NCBI GenBank assembly: GCA_963779415.1 | Contig: CAVZYA010000002.1 | Span: forward strand, 864,001-928,000 | Direction of reading: 5' to 3' | Source of the DNA: an uncultured Acidobacteriota bacterium | GTDB lineage: Bacteria; Acidobacteriota; Thermoanaerobaculia; UBA5066 | DNA length: 64,000 nt | Part shown: piece by piece, positions 10,767 through 21,714 of the stretch | Numbering within the stretch: position 1 is the first letter of the stretch | Layout of the letters: each line of letters starts with the position of its first letter | Notes under the pieces: generated by a model | What the model was told of the DNA's origin: nothing | The model's input: only the letters and a program-made list of their open reading frames with translations | Databases searched by the model: none | Made by a program: the position numbers and the translations under genes

Positions 10767-12668
10767 ATGGCCCCGGTCCGGATCTCGTACATCGACGGGC
10801 GAAGGCTCGCGCGGGCGCTTCTCGCCGGAGCGCGCGCCGTCCGGGCCGCAGAAGGAGCCGCTGAACCGGATCAACGTCTTCCCGGTCGCGGACAACGACA
10901 CCGGCTCGAATCTCGTGGCGACGCTCGACCGCGTCGCGGAAAGCGTGGGCGAGGCCCCCTCGCCGAGCGCCGAGGACGTGGCGCGCAAGGCGGCCGACGA
11001 GGCCCTCATGGGGGCGCGGGGGAACTCGGGGGCCATCTTCGCCCAGTTTCTCGAGGGGCTCGCCGAGGCGCTGAAGGGGGTGCGGCGGATCGGCGCCCGA
11101 GCGATTCGGCCGGGCGGTCCGTGCGGCGGCGGAGGCGGCGAAGGGGGCGATGGCCCAGCCGCGGGAGGGGACGATCCTCTCGGTCATCCGGGAGTGGGCG
11201 GGGTGGGTGGAGCGGCGCGACGACGCGAGACGCGCGACTTCGCGGAGATCGTCCCGGACTCGATGCCGGTGGCGCAGGAGGCGCTGGAGAGGACGCCCGA
11301 GCATCTCGCCGTCCTGAAGGAAGCCGGCGTCGTCGACGCCGGGGCGCAGGGCTTCGTCCATTTTCTCGAGGGGGTCGCCCGGTCGCTCGGGGATCGCGTC
11401 CGTCCGGGCGCCCCGGAGCACGTCCCCGGCGAGATGGTCGAGGCGCGGATCCGCGAGGCCCGCGCGTCCATCCTCTTCCGCTACTGCACGGAGGTCCTCC
11501 TCTCCGGGGACCGGATCGACCGGGAGGCGATCCGCCGGGCGGCCTCGCCTCTCGGCGATTCGCTCGCCATCGCCGGAGGAGCCCGAAGGGTCCGCCTCCA
11601 CCTTCACGTGAACCGGCCGGAGGACGTCTTCGAGGTGGCCCGCCGCTTCGGCCGGGTCGAGCAGACGAAGGTCGAGGACATGCGCGAGCAGCACGTCGGC
11701 CGGTTCGCGCGGCACGGCCGGGTCGCGGTCGTCACGGACTCGGCGTGCGACCTCCCGGCCGCCATGGCGGAGGCGCTCGCGGTCACGATCGTCCCGCTCC
11801 GGCTGATCCTCGGAGACGAGACCTATCTGGACGGCGTCACGGTCACGCCGCGCGAGTTTCACGCGATGCTCGCCTCGTCGCCGCTCGCGCCCCGCACCTC
11901 CCAGCCTCCGCCCGCCGACTTTCGCGAGGTTTACCGCGCCCTCGCCTCGCACGGGGCGCCGGTCCTCGGCGTCCACGTCTCGGGCGGGCTCTCGGGGACG
12001 CTCGCGGCCGCGCAGACGGCCGCGCGGTCGCTCCTCGGGGAGGAGGGTCTCGCGCGCGTCGACGCGTCGACTCGAGAAGCCTCTCCATCGCACAGGGGCT
12101 CGTCGTGCGCGAGGCGGCGCGGGCCGCGGCCGAGGGAAAGGACCTTTCCGGGGTGGCCGGGGTGGCGCGGCTCGCGGCGGCACGGGCGCGGATCTTCGCG
12201 GCGGTCCCCTCGCTCGACTTCCTGATCCGGGGAGGGCGGCTCGGACACCTGCCGGGGCTCGTGGCGCGGGCGATCGGGTTCTGTCCGGTCCTGACGATCG
12301 GGCCCGACGGACGGGCGGCGAAGGGGGGAGGCGGACGGGGCTTTCCCCGGGCGGTCCGGAAGGTCGTGGAAGCGGCCCTCGCGGGAGCTCGGGGCGAGCC
12401 GGCGCCGACGTTCGGCGTCGCGCACTTCGGCGCGCCGGAGCTGGCGGACGAAGTGGCGGCGGAGCTTCTCTCCCGGCATCCCGGGGCCGAGCATTTCGTC
12501 AGCGAGCTGGCGCCCGTCCTCGCCGCGCACACCGGACCGGGGGCCATCGCGGTCGGATTTCTCGCTGGCAGATCGGGACAAACGCCGGGAATTGCCTTGA
12601 CGGGAGGGCCGCGGGTCGAAAAAATAGGCCGGTCGTTCAAAGGCTTGTGTGTCAGTTTCTTCAGCTGA
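10767..12668 (+). CDS. DAK2 (FakA-like) - DegV (FakB-like) fusion, fatty acid kinase-type protein (several frameshifts; 3' end uncertain)
   Basis: INVFPVADNDTGSN, GARGNSGAI, VVDAGAQG and RYCTE (DAK2/FakA); VVTDSACDLP, TSQPPP, SGGLSGT, LIRGGRLG and AAHTGPG (DegV). Confidence 0.85.
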   Translation: MAPVRISYIDGRRLARALLAGARAVRAAEGAAEPDQRLPGRGQRHRLESRGDARPRRGKRGRGPLAERRGRGAQGGRRGPHGGAGELGGHLRPVSRGARRGAEGGAADRRPSDSAGRSVRRRRRRRGRWPSRGRGRSSRSSGSGRGGWSGATTRDARLRGDRPGLDAGGAGGAGEDARASRRPEGSRRRRRRGAGLRPFSRGGRPVARGSRPSGRPGARPRRDGRGADPRGPRVHPLPLLHGGPPLRGPDRPGGDPPGGLASRRFARHRRRSPKGPPPPSREPAGGRLRGGPPLRPGRADEGRGHARAARRPVRAARPGRGRHGLGVRPPGRHGGGARGHDRPAPADPRRRDLSGRRHGHAARVSRDARLVAARAPHLPASARRLSRGLPRPRLARGAGPRRPRLGRALGDARGRADGRAVAPRGGGSRARRRVDSRSLSIAQGLVVREAARAAAEGKDLSGVAGVARLAAARARIFAAVPSLDFLIRGGRLGHLPGLVARAIGFCPVLTIGPDGRAAKGGGGRGFPRAVRKVVEAALAGARGEPAPTFGVAHFGAPELADEVAAELLSRHPGAEHFVSELAPVLAAHTGPGAIAVGFLAGRSGQTPGIALTGGPRVEKIGRSFKGLCVSFFS

Positions 12669-12688
12669 ATCGAGATAAGGAGGAACCG

Positions 12689-13995
12689 GTGGTGAAATCA
12701 AGAGATGTGCGCCTGCTCGCGGGGACGCTGCTTCTTGCGGCGCTCGTCGCCGCGCCGCGAGGCGACGGGGCCGGGTACGCCCTGTTCGAGCAGGGGACCA
12801 AGGGGATGGCGCTCGGAGGAGCCTTCGTCGCTCAGGCGGACGATCCGTCGGCGATGTTCTACAACCCGGCCGGAAACGCCTACAACGAGAAGTTCACGCT
12901 GTACGGCGGCGCCGTCGGCGTCCTCCGCCCGACGACCAACTTCACGGGGTCGAGCCCGTATCCCGGTGACGGCTACTACACGGGCATGTCAAAGCCCCTC
13001 TACTACTTTGGGAACGGCTACGCCGTCGTGCCGCTCCAGCCGGGCAAGCTGAACCTCGCCGCCGGCTTCTGGTCTCCGGCCGGCCTCGGGACCCCCTGGG
13101 CCAACCCGGATCAGTGGGCTGGCCGCTACATCTCCCAGCGGGCCGACATCCGCCAGGTCGCTGCCTCCGTGCAGATCTCGTGGAAGGTGGCCGACTGGCT
13201 CGCGATCGGCGCCGGACCGGAGATCCGCCTCAGCGACGTGAAGCTCTCGAAGAACGTCGGGATCTTCAACCCTTACACGGGCCACGTCACCGGACGTGGC
13301 CCACCTCTCCCTCCAGAGCAAGGGAACCCCGGTCGACTGGACGTGGAACGCGGGAATCATGCTCAAGCCGTGCGACCGGCTCCGCTTCGGCGTGGCGTAT
13401 CACGGGAGCGTGAGCGTCGACTACAGCGGGATCGCGCATTTCTACCAGCTCACGACGGGACACGCGGACCTCGACGCCCTCGTCGCCGCAGAAGATCCCG
13501 GTCAACCAGGACGTGGGCGGCGCGGCGAACATCAAGTTCCCCGCGCTTCTCCTCTTCGGGGTCTCGTACGACCTGAGCCCGTCCCTGACGCTGAACGTGG
13601 ACGGGAACTACACGTGGTGGGACATCCTGGAACAGATCCCCATCAACATCGACGGCGTTGCGCCCAAGGTCATCCCGGAGAACTGGAAGAACACCTGGAC
13701 GATCCGGGCGGGACTCGGCTGGCAGGCCTCCAAGACCGTCTGGCTGGGCGGCGGCTACGTCTACGACCAGACGCCGCAGCCCGATGCTGCCGTCGGCCCG
13801 CTCCTGCCGGACGCCAACCGGGTCGGCGGATCGATCGGCGCCGGCTTCCAGATCTCGAAGAACTTCCGGCTCGAGGTCTCGAGTCTCTTCCTCTGGTTCA
13901 AGGACCGGACGACGACGACGAACGACAACAACTTCAACGGTACGTACAAGACGTTCGCGATCCTCCCCGCCATCGGCTTCAAGAGCAACTTCTGA
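12689..13995 (+). CDS. FadL/OmpP1/TodX family outer-membrane hydrophobic-compound transporter (frameshifted)
   Basis: Signal peptide; AGYALFEQG..GGAFVAQADDPSAMFYNPAG hatch motif; YDQTPQPD...LPDANR; C-terminal Phe. Confidence 0.88.
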
Positions 13996-14012
13996 AGCGA
14001 GGAGCAGAGAAC

Positions 14013-15507
14013 ATGAAGACTTCCAAACTCCTCCGCACCGCCGCGACGCTTTCGGTCGCACTCCTCCTCGCCTCCTTCCCGGCCAGCCGCCCAGCAGGCC
14101 GACTTCACGACGCTTCGTCGCGACTCGGCGACTCCACTGCGGCCGGGACTGCTCGACGGATGCCTCGTCGACTACGGCCAGAACGACTCGTTCGGTGCCA
14201 TCCTCGCCCGGACGGCCGGGCACGGCGTATCGAGCAGCCGATCATCGGGAAGCCCGGGCTCGGAGCCTCGGCCGCGCTGCATGTACCTGACCAATCTCGC
14301 CCCGACGCTCGGCAACCGGCCGAGCACGGGGGTGCCGATCCAACGCGACGCTCCCGCGTCCCTACAACAATCTCGCGGTCGCCGGATTCACGATCCGCGA
14401 CATCGTCGACAAGAACTCCGCGACGACCGGACGGCGACAAGAGGGCGTATCTGGTCCTTCGAGGGCAGGGACGGCCGCCCAGCAGGCGGCGGCCCTCCAG
14501 CCGACGTTCCTCCTCGTGTCGGCCGGAGCGAACGACGTTCTGGGCGCCGCTGGAATACGCGACGCCGATCGACGGCGTCACGATGACGCCGATGCCGTCT
14601 TCCAGGCGAAGACCGTCAGATCATGGCCGACCCTCAAGGCCGCGCAGGGGGGGACCGCGAAGGGGTTCTTCGTCATCCCATCCCCACCTCGACGTCCCGT
14701 TCAGCGATACCATTCCGCTCGATCCTCGCCATCAACCCCTCAACCGGCGCGCCCATCTACGCGCTCTACGACAGCTGCGGCGGCCTCGCGCCGGCCTGCC
14801 CGGTGCCGGCGGGCTCGAAGCTGACGCTCTTCGCAGCCGACCTACTCCAGGCCGGGTACGGGATTCCGTGCGCCATCCTCGCCGAGCGACCCGAGGCAGG
14901 CCAACTGCAACAAACCCCTGCCCGACAACCTGAACATCAACCCGCAGACCGGGGCGATCACGCCGGGTGTCGTCCTGACGCCGACGGAGGGGGCCGTCAT
15001 CCTCCGGCGGGTCAACGACATCAACAACACGATCGCCTCGCAGGCCGCGGCGGCGGGATACAAGTTCTTCGACAGGGCGGCGCTGCTGCGGCAGGTGGGA
15101 ACGACCGGCATGACGTACGGCGGCGTCACCATCGAGCGCCTTCCTCTCCGGCGGCTACTATCGACACGACGGCCTCCACGAGTCGTCGATCGGACAGGCC
15201 ATCAAGGCCGACGCGATGGTCCAGTTCATCAACGACAACTGGGGGAACAACCTTCCGCACGTCAACATGTATCCCTACCTCTTCAACGGGGACACGTCGT
15301 CCGGCGGCTACCCGATCGGGGCGGCGCTCTCGCCCTGCCGACGCAGCTCGACTGGGCGGCGGCGATCTTCGGCCCCGAGAACGTCGAGTACGCCGTCCAG
15401 CACAGCTTCCCGCTGCCGGCGCTCGAGCGCCGTGCCAACCGGACTCCGCACGGGATGCCGATCTCGCTCGACCCGACGGCTCCCGCCGGCGGGCCGAGAC
15501 GAGTTAA
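14013..15507 (+). CDS. Secreted SGNH/GDSL lipase-like protein (heavily frameshifted; end approximate)
   Basis: Signal peptide MKTSKLLRTAA...; pieces LGDSTAAG, EQPIIGKPGLG, RPYNNLAVAG and GANDVLGAA (SGNH blocks I-III) spread across frames. Confidence 0.65.
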
Positions 15508-15537
15508 ACTGACGCGGTTGTGACCAAGGAGGACAAG

Positions 15538-16362
15538 ATGGTTTCGAAACGATTCCGGGCGGGCACGATGGGAATCCTTCTCGTCGGAGCGGCCGCCCTC
15601 ATGCTTTCGGCGTGCTCCACGGCAATGAAGGACTGCGCCAGCGGCTTCGCCATGGTCTCGCCGAAGGACGGCGCGAGCTTCGAGGTCGGCAAGGACGTCA
15701 AGGCCGAGGCGACGCCTCTCACGGCGACGTTCTGCACGTTCGCCCCGGCGGTCTACGAATTCTCCGTCGACGGCCACGCGCCGCTGACGGCGCCCGGCTC
15801 GGCCGCGAACCCGTCCGTGACGTTCGGATGCCCCGCCGCCGGCGACCATACGGTCACGGCCGTGGCCAAGGATGCCAACGGAAAGGTCCTCGCCCAGTGC
15901 GCCGCGAAGTTCAAGTGCGTCGCGCCGCCGCCGCCGGCCCCCGTGCCGGCCCCGGTCGCGCCGCCGCCGCCGCCGGCTCCGGTCTCGGACCTCGTCGCCG
16001 AGGCGACGAAGTACCTGCAGGACATCTTCTTCGACTTCGACAAGTCGGACATCCGGGCCGACCAGAAGGAAAACCTCGACAAGAACGCCAAGTGGCTGCG
16101 CGAGCACACGACGGTGGGGATCACGGTCGAGGGGCACTGCGACGAGCGCGGCACCCGCGAGTACAACCTCGCTCTCGGCGAGCGGCGTGCGGGCTCCATC
16201 CGGGACGCCCTCGTCGCCCTCGGGGTCGACCCGGCGCAGATCAAGACGATCTCCTACGGCAAGGAGCGCCCGTTCTGCACCGAGCACCCGAAGGAGAAGG
16301 CGGAGCAGGAAGCCTGCTGGCAGTCCAACCGCCGCGGTCACTTCGTCCCGGCGCTGCGGTAA
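15538..16362 (+). CDS. pal: Peptidoglycan-associated lipoprotein (OmpA-C domain) with N-terminal Ig-like domain
   Basis: Lipobox LSAC; IFFDFDKS, VEGHCDERGTREYNLALGERRA, ISYGKERP and NRR motifs. Confidence 0.85.
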   Translation: MVSKRFRAGTMGILLVGAAALMLSACSTAMKDCASGFAMVSPKDGASFEVGKDVKAEATPLTATFCTFAPAVYEFSVDGHAPLTAPGSAANPSVTFGCPAAGDHTVTAVAKDANGKVLAQCAAKFKCVAPPPPAPVPAPVAPPPPPAPVSDLVAEATKYLQDIFFDFDKSDIRADQKENLDKNAKWLREHTTVGITVEGHCDERGTREYNLALGERRAGSIRDALVALGVDPAQIKTISYGKERPFCTEHPKEKAEQEACWQSNRRGHFVPALR

Positions 16363-16391
16363 ACGGTAGCCGGGTCAACGCAACTCGTTGG

Positions 16392-16428
16392 CAGCGGGGC
16401 CCTTCACGGGCCCCGCTTGCCTTTTTTC
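16392..16428 (+). terminator. Probable intrinsic terminator
   Basis: agcggggccc/gggccccgct stem followed by gcctttttt. Confidence 0.65.
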
Positions 16429-16537
16429 CGACGCGTCGGTTAGGCTTCCCGCGCTTTTCATGGCGAGCCGCGGAATCTCTCTCCAGCCCGGATCGGCCTT
16501 TTCTTCCCCCGACTAGCAGAGACAGGATGCCGAAGGA

Positions 16538-17098
16538 ATGATTTCCGCCACCGAACTCCGCCCGGGAATGATCGTCGTCCACAACGGCGAGCTGTTCCGG
16601 ACCCACAGCGTCGTCCACAAGACCCCCGGGAACCTCCGCGGCTTCGTCCAGGCCAAGCTCCGGAACCTCCGCTCGGGCTCCATGAACGAGCACCGGTTCC
16701 GCTCGGAGGACCGGATCGAGAAGGCGTCGCTCGACACCCACGAGATGCAGTACCTCTACTCGGACGGCTCCGGGCACCACTTCATGAACCAGGAGACCTA
16801 CGACCAGGTCACGCTCACGGAAGAGGTCGTCGGCGAGTCGATGAAGTACCTCCTTCCGGAGACGGTCATCACCGTCGACTTCCACGAGGGGAGCCCGGTC
16901 TCGGTCGAGCTGCCGACGACCGTGAGCCTGAAGATCGTCGAGACCGATCCGGGGATGAAGGGGGCCACGGCGTCGGCTTCGTACAAGCCGGCGAAGCTGG
17001 AGACGGGCCTCGTGGTCCAGGTGCCGCAGTTCGTCGAAGCGGGGACGGTCGTCAAGATCGACACCCGCGACGATTCCTATCTCGAGCGTGTGAGCTAG
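16538..17098 (+). CDS. efp: Translation elongation factor P
   Basis: KTPGNLRGFVQAKLRNL, MQYLYSDG, KPAKLETG and YLERV motifs. Confidence 0.96.
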   Translation: MISATELRPGMIVVHNGELFRTHSVVHKTPGNLRGFVQAKLRNLRSGSMNEHRFRSEDRIEKASLDTHEMQYLYSDGSGHHFMNQETYDQVTLTEEVVGESMKYLLPETVITVDFHEGSPVSVELPTTVSLKIVETDPGMKGATASASYKPAKLETGLVVQVPQFVEAGTVVKIDTRDDSYLERVS

Positions 17099-17103
17099 AA
17101 CGG

Positions 17104-18006
17104 ATGCTGCGGCGCGTCGTCCCGGTCCTGACGATCCTGTTCGCGGCCGGGCTCGCGCGCGGTGCCGCCGCCTCGGACGAGACGGCGGTCACGGAGACAC
17201 TTTCGCAGGAGGAGGCGTCGGACCGGGCTTCGCTCGCGGCCGAGCTGGGGCTTGCGGAGGTGGAATCGGCTCCGGCCCCCGAGGTCTCGGCTCCGCCGGC
17301 GCCCTGTCCCGCCCGCGACCCGGAGGACGGGCGGTGCTACGCCTCGGCGGACGCCGCCGATCTCGCCTGGCTCTCGCGCCAACCCCGCCGCACGGCCGCC
17401 GACTCGGAGGAGGAAGACGAGGAGGAAGGGCTCGAGGACATCGAGACGTCCGGGGCGCCGGTGACGCCCGGATTCTGGCGGTCCCTCGGTGACCGGCTCC
17501 GGAGCCTCGTCGTCCGGCGTTCCGACAGCCGGCCGGTCGCGATCCCCGAGGAGGAGATCGCGGAGCTCTTCTCCACGACGTTCCCTCTCCCGCTCGGCGT
17601 CTACGACCCGGCGCGGCTTCGGGACACGTTCCTCTCCCGGCGCGGCAGGACGAAGAAGCATCACGCGATCGACCTCGGCGCGCCCCGCGGGACGCCGGTC
17701 GTCGCCGTCGCGGACGGCGTGATCGAGCGGCTCGGCCGCGACCGCCGCGGAGGGAAGGTCGTCTACCTTCGCGACGTGACGGGACGCTACACGTTCTACT
17801 ACGCGCACCTCAGGGTCCACGAGAAGGGGCTGAAGGCGGGCGACCGGGTCTCGAAGGGGCAGAAGCTGGGCGAGGTGGGCGCGACCGGCCGCGTGATCGG
17901 CGGGCCGCACCTCCATTTCGCGATCTACCGGAACGAGCCCGCCACCGACTCGCGCCTCTTCGCCGTCAACCCCTACCTGATCTTCTCGACGATCCTGCCG
18001 CGCTGA
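17104..18006 (+). CDS. M23 family metallopeptidase, exported
   Basis: HHAIDLGAPRGTPVVAVADG, YYAHL and GPHLHF motifs; signal peptide. Confidence 0.9.
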   Translation: MLRRVVPVLTILFAAGLARGAAASDETAVTETLSQEEASDRASLAAELGLAEVESAPAPEVSAPPAPCPARDPEDGRCYASADAADLAWLSRQPRRTAADSEEEDEEEGLEDIETSGAPVTPGFWRSLGDRLRSLVVRRSDSRPVAIPEEEIAELFSTTFPLPLGVYDPARLRDTFLSRRGRTKKHHAIDLGAPRGTPVVAVADGVIERLGRDRRGGKVVYLRDVTGRYTFYYAHLRVHEKGLKAGDRVSKGQKLGEVGATGRVIGGPHLHFAIYRNEPATDSRLFAVNPYLIFSTILPR

Positions 18007-18018
18007 CGGCGCGTCTCC

Positions 18019-21000
18019 CTAGACGGTCCGGAGATCCCGGAGCGAGAGCCCGCGCTCCAGCCACTGGTTCGAGATCTTCTCCGGCAGGGCGTTCTGCGCG
18101 AGGCGCGCGCGGAGATGCTCCCAGTCGAGGTCGTCGAGGCACTGGTCCTGGTTCATGCAGGTGAAGACGAAGGACTCCTTCTTCGTCACCGGATCGACGT
18201 GCCGCTGGAGGCACTGCGCGCAGACCTCCTTCATCATGCACTGCATCGGCGAGTTGATCGACCCGATGCCGACGTGCTCGTCGCGGAGATACGGCTTCAG
18301 GACGCCGTGCCGCGCCGCCGTGACGGCGGCCATCATCCGGTCCGAGCCGATGGCGATGACGCGCTCCGCGTCGGCGAGCGGGATCGGGATCGCCCCGAGC
18401 TTTCCGGTGGCGTAGGCGGTCATCGCCTCGACGATGTTCCCGACGAAGGCGAAGTCGCTCTTCCGGCGGGCCGGGATCCCGGGCTCGCGGTCGACCGTGA
18501 AGACGACGACGTCCGCCCCCGCCTCGATCTCCTCGCGCTTGTAGAAGTCCTCCGCCTTCTTGTAGCCGGCGAAGTAGAGGACCTTGTTGCCGCGCTGGCG
18601 GGCGGCGCGGCCGATCGAGAAGAGGACGGCGTTGCCGAGGCCCCCGCCGCAGAGGACGACGGTGGAGTTCTCCGGGAGCTCCGTCGGGGCGCCCGTCGGG
18701 CCCATCACGACGACGGGCTCTCCGGGACGGAGGACGCCGACGAGGCGCGTGGAGACGCCGATCTCGAGGGCGATCATCGAGAGAAGCCCGTTCTCCTTGT
18801 CGACCCATGCTCCGGTCAGGGCACACGGCTCGATCAGGGCGGGGATCTCGGGGCCTTCCCGGCGCGCCCGGGAGGAGCGGTGCGTAGGCCTCGTAGTTCT
18901 GGAGCCGGTAGAACTGCCCCGGCTGGAAGTTCCGGGCGGCCTGCGGAGCCCGGACGAGGACCTCCACGATCGTCGGCGTCAGCCGATCCACCTTCACGAC
19001 GCGGGCCCGGAGAAGGTCATCGGTCATCGCCGCGAGGAGCGCCCACGCGGCGTCCCGCGCCGGCTGGCCGGCGGGATCGAGCGCGTCCAGCTCGTCGGCG
19101 AAAAGCTCGCGGATTCTCGGCGCGCCGTCGCGCGCCGAAGCCATCGCCTTCACGACGGAACCGGCATAGACGGGATGGTTGTCGCCGAAGTACGTCAGGA
19201 ACTTCCCCTTGTACTCACCGCCGGTGAAGAACGCGCCGACCCCGTCGTCCTTCGGCACCAGCCGAAAAACCGTCTTTCCGTCTGATCCCGACTTTTCGAC
19301 GACATGCGGACGGAAGAACTTCTGTTTCGCGTCGAGCGGAAGAGTCCCGGGAAACTCCTTCCCGTAAGTTATGTTCGGCGTCGTCCCGGCCGCGATGAGG
19401 AGAGTCCGGCAGGGGAGCGTGACGGTGGACCTGTCTTTCCGGCGGCAGACGACGGCCGAGATCGCCCCGAACTCGTCCGGGACGCACTCGACGGGCTCGA
19501 GGTTCTCGGCGAAGCCGATCCCTTCCTCGAAGGCCTTGACGATCTCCTCGTGGTTGAGACGGTAGGCCGGCGACTCCTCCATCGACCGCCGGTAGGCGAG
19601 CGTCGAGCCCCCCCATCCCTTGAGAAGGCGGAGGAGGTCCGGCGTCCGCCCTTCCGCCTCGGCTTGCCTCCGTTCGGCGCGGATTTCGCGCGCATGGGCG
19701 ATCTGACGCGCGAGAATGGTCCGTTCCTCCGGGTTCATGGCGGAGAGGACGGCCTCCTCTCCCTTCTCGGCCGCGAGCGCCTCGAAGCGGGAGAGGATCT
19801 TCTCGACGTGGATCGGGTAGTACGCCAGCGACTCCGTCGCCGTGTCGATCGCCGTCAGGCCGCCGCCGATGACGACGACGGGCAGTTCGAGGTGGAGGTT
19901 CGCGAGGGCGTTCTGCTTGAAGGCGCCGGTCAGCTGGAGCGCCATCAGGAAGTCCGAGGCCTGCCGGACCCCCTTGATCAGGTTGTTCTTCATCTCGACG
20001 AGGGTGGGCCGTCCCGCCCCCGCGGCGATCGCGACGTGGTCGAAGCCGAAGTCGAACGCCTGGGCGTGCGTCAGCGTTCCGCCGAACCGGACGCCGCCGA
20101 AGATCTTCAGCGTCCGGCGCCGCGCGAGGTTCAGGTAGAGGATGTCGAGGAAGTTCTTGTCCCACCGGACGGTGATGCCGTACTCGGAGACGCCGCCGAA
20201 GCCCGTCAGCGGCCGCTCGTCGAGCCTCCGGAAGAGCGGCGCAGCGTCGCGCACCGGCTCGGGGGGCGTCGTGGCGGACCCCATCAGGCGCTCGGGGAGC
20301 GGCTCGATCTTGAGCCCGTCCACGGCGACGACGCCGAAGCCCTCGTTCAGGAGGTGGTGGGCCAGGGTGTACCCGGCGGGGCCGAGCCCGACGACGAGAA
20401 CGTTCCTCCCGTTGTAGGGAAGGGCGACGGGGCGCCGGACGTTCAGCGGGTTCCAACGCGTCAGGAGCGACCAGATCTCGAAGCCCCACGGCATCGAGAG
20501 AACGTCGGTGAGAACCCCCGTCTCGGCCTGCGGGATGTCGACCGGGTCCTGCGTCTGGAAGATGCAGGCCTTCATGCAGTCGTTGCAGATCCGGTGGCCG
20601 GTGCCGGGGAGCATCGGATTGTCGATGCAGATCAGGGCCAGCGCGCCGAGGGCGTCCCCGTCCCGGCGGAGCGCGTGCATCTCGCCGATCTTCTCCTCGA
20701 GAGGGCAGCCGGCGAGGGGAACGCCGAGAGGATTCGACTTCACCTGGCCGTCCTTGTTCCGGAGCCCCTTCGTGCAGGAGTCCTTGTCCCGCTCCTGGCA
20801 GAGGAGGCAGTAGAACGTCTCGCCCGTCACCTCGCGGCGCGACTTCCGGCGGTCGGTCAGGTCGAATCCGTCGCGGTGACGCACGTGCGTCGGGAGGCCC
20901 GCCCGAAGCTCCGGGAGCGCCGGGTCGGGACGGGTCGTCGGGACGAGGGCGTCGAACCGGAACGGCTTCGGCAGGGCGAACGAGGCCCAGCGCTCCGTCC

Positions 21001-21661
21001 GCTCGCGGAGGGCGGGATCGACGCGAAGGAAGCCGACGTACGCGTCGAACGCCTCCGTCCACGCGGTGAGGAGCGCGGCGTCGCCCCCGGGGAGCGGCAG
21101 CTCCGTCCCCGTGGCCGCGGCGCGGAGGGCCGCCGTCCGTTCCCGCGCCGCCTCGGGAGAGAACGAGGCGTCCTTTCCCCTCGGAACGGCGAGCGAAGAG
21201 GAGAGGTCGAGGAGCGTTCCGCCGGCGCGCGCGACGCCGAGCTCTTCGTCCGGCGCCCTCTCCCCGAGGAGGGAGACGAGCGTGGCGCCGCGGCGGAGGA
21301 CGGCGGCGCGGTCGAGAGGCGCGAGCGACGCCACGTCCGGGAACTTTTTCGCGATCCGCTTCTGGAGGATCGAGAAGCGGAAACGGAAGAGGACGGCTTC
21401 CTCGCCGGTCCGGGCAAGAAGCGCCTCGCGCTCGGGGGCGACGCCGAAGAGTTCGGCGACGAAGCGCGACAGCTCCCGCGCCGCCTCGACGAGAAGGACC
21501 GAGAGGTCAACGGCGGGAAGCGCTTCGCCGGCACGGTAGCGCTCGAAGCGTGCGGCAAGGGGAGGAGTCGTCGCCTTCAGGCGTTCCCGGAAGAGCTTGT
21601 CGAGGTCGTCGAGGCGCGCGGGGTCGTGGAGGTCGGCATCGGAGAAACCGAGGTTCATCAT
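18019..21661 (-). CDS. Large FAD/Fe-S oxidoreductase: GltD/NfnB-like N-part fused to PyrK/NfnA-like C-part (frameshift near 18830)
   Basis: CLLC...C, GCPL and GHRICNDCMKAC; VVGLGPAG and VIGGGLTAID; C-part FQPGQFYRL, MGPTG, GGGLGNA and QCMMKEVCAQC. Confidence 0.82.
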
Positions 21662-21714
21662 TGCTCCCTGGCATCAGGCTGGGGCGGAGCCGAAGCATAA
21701 TCTCATCCCGCGCC

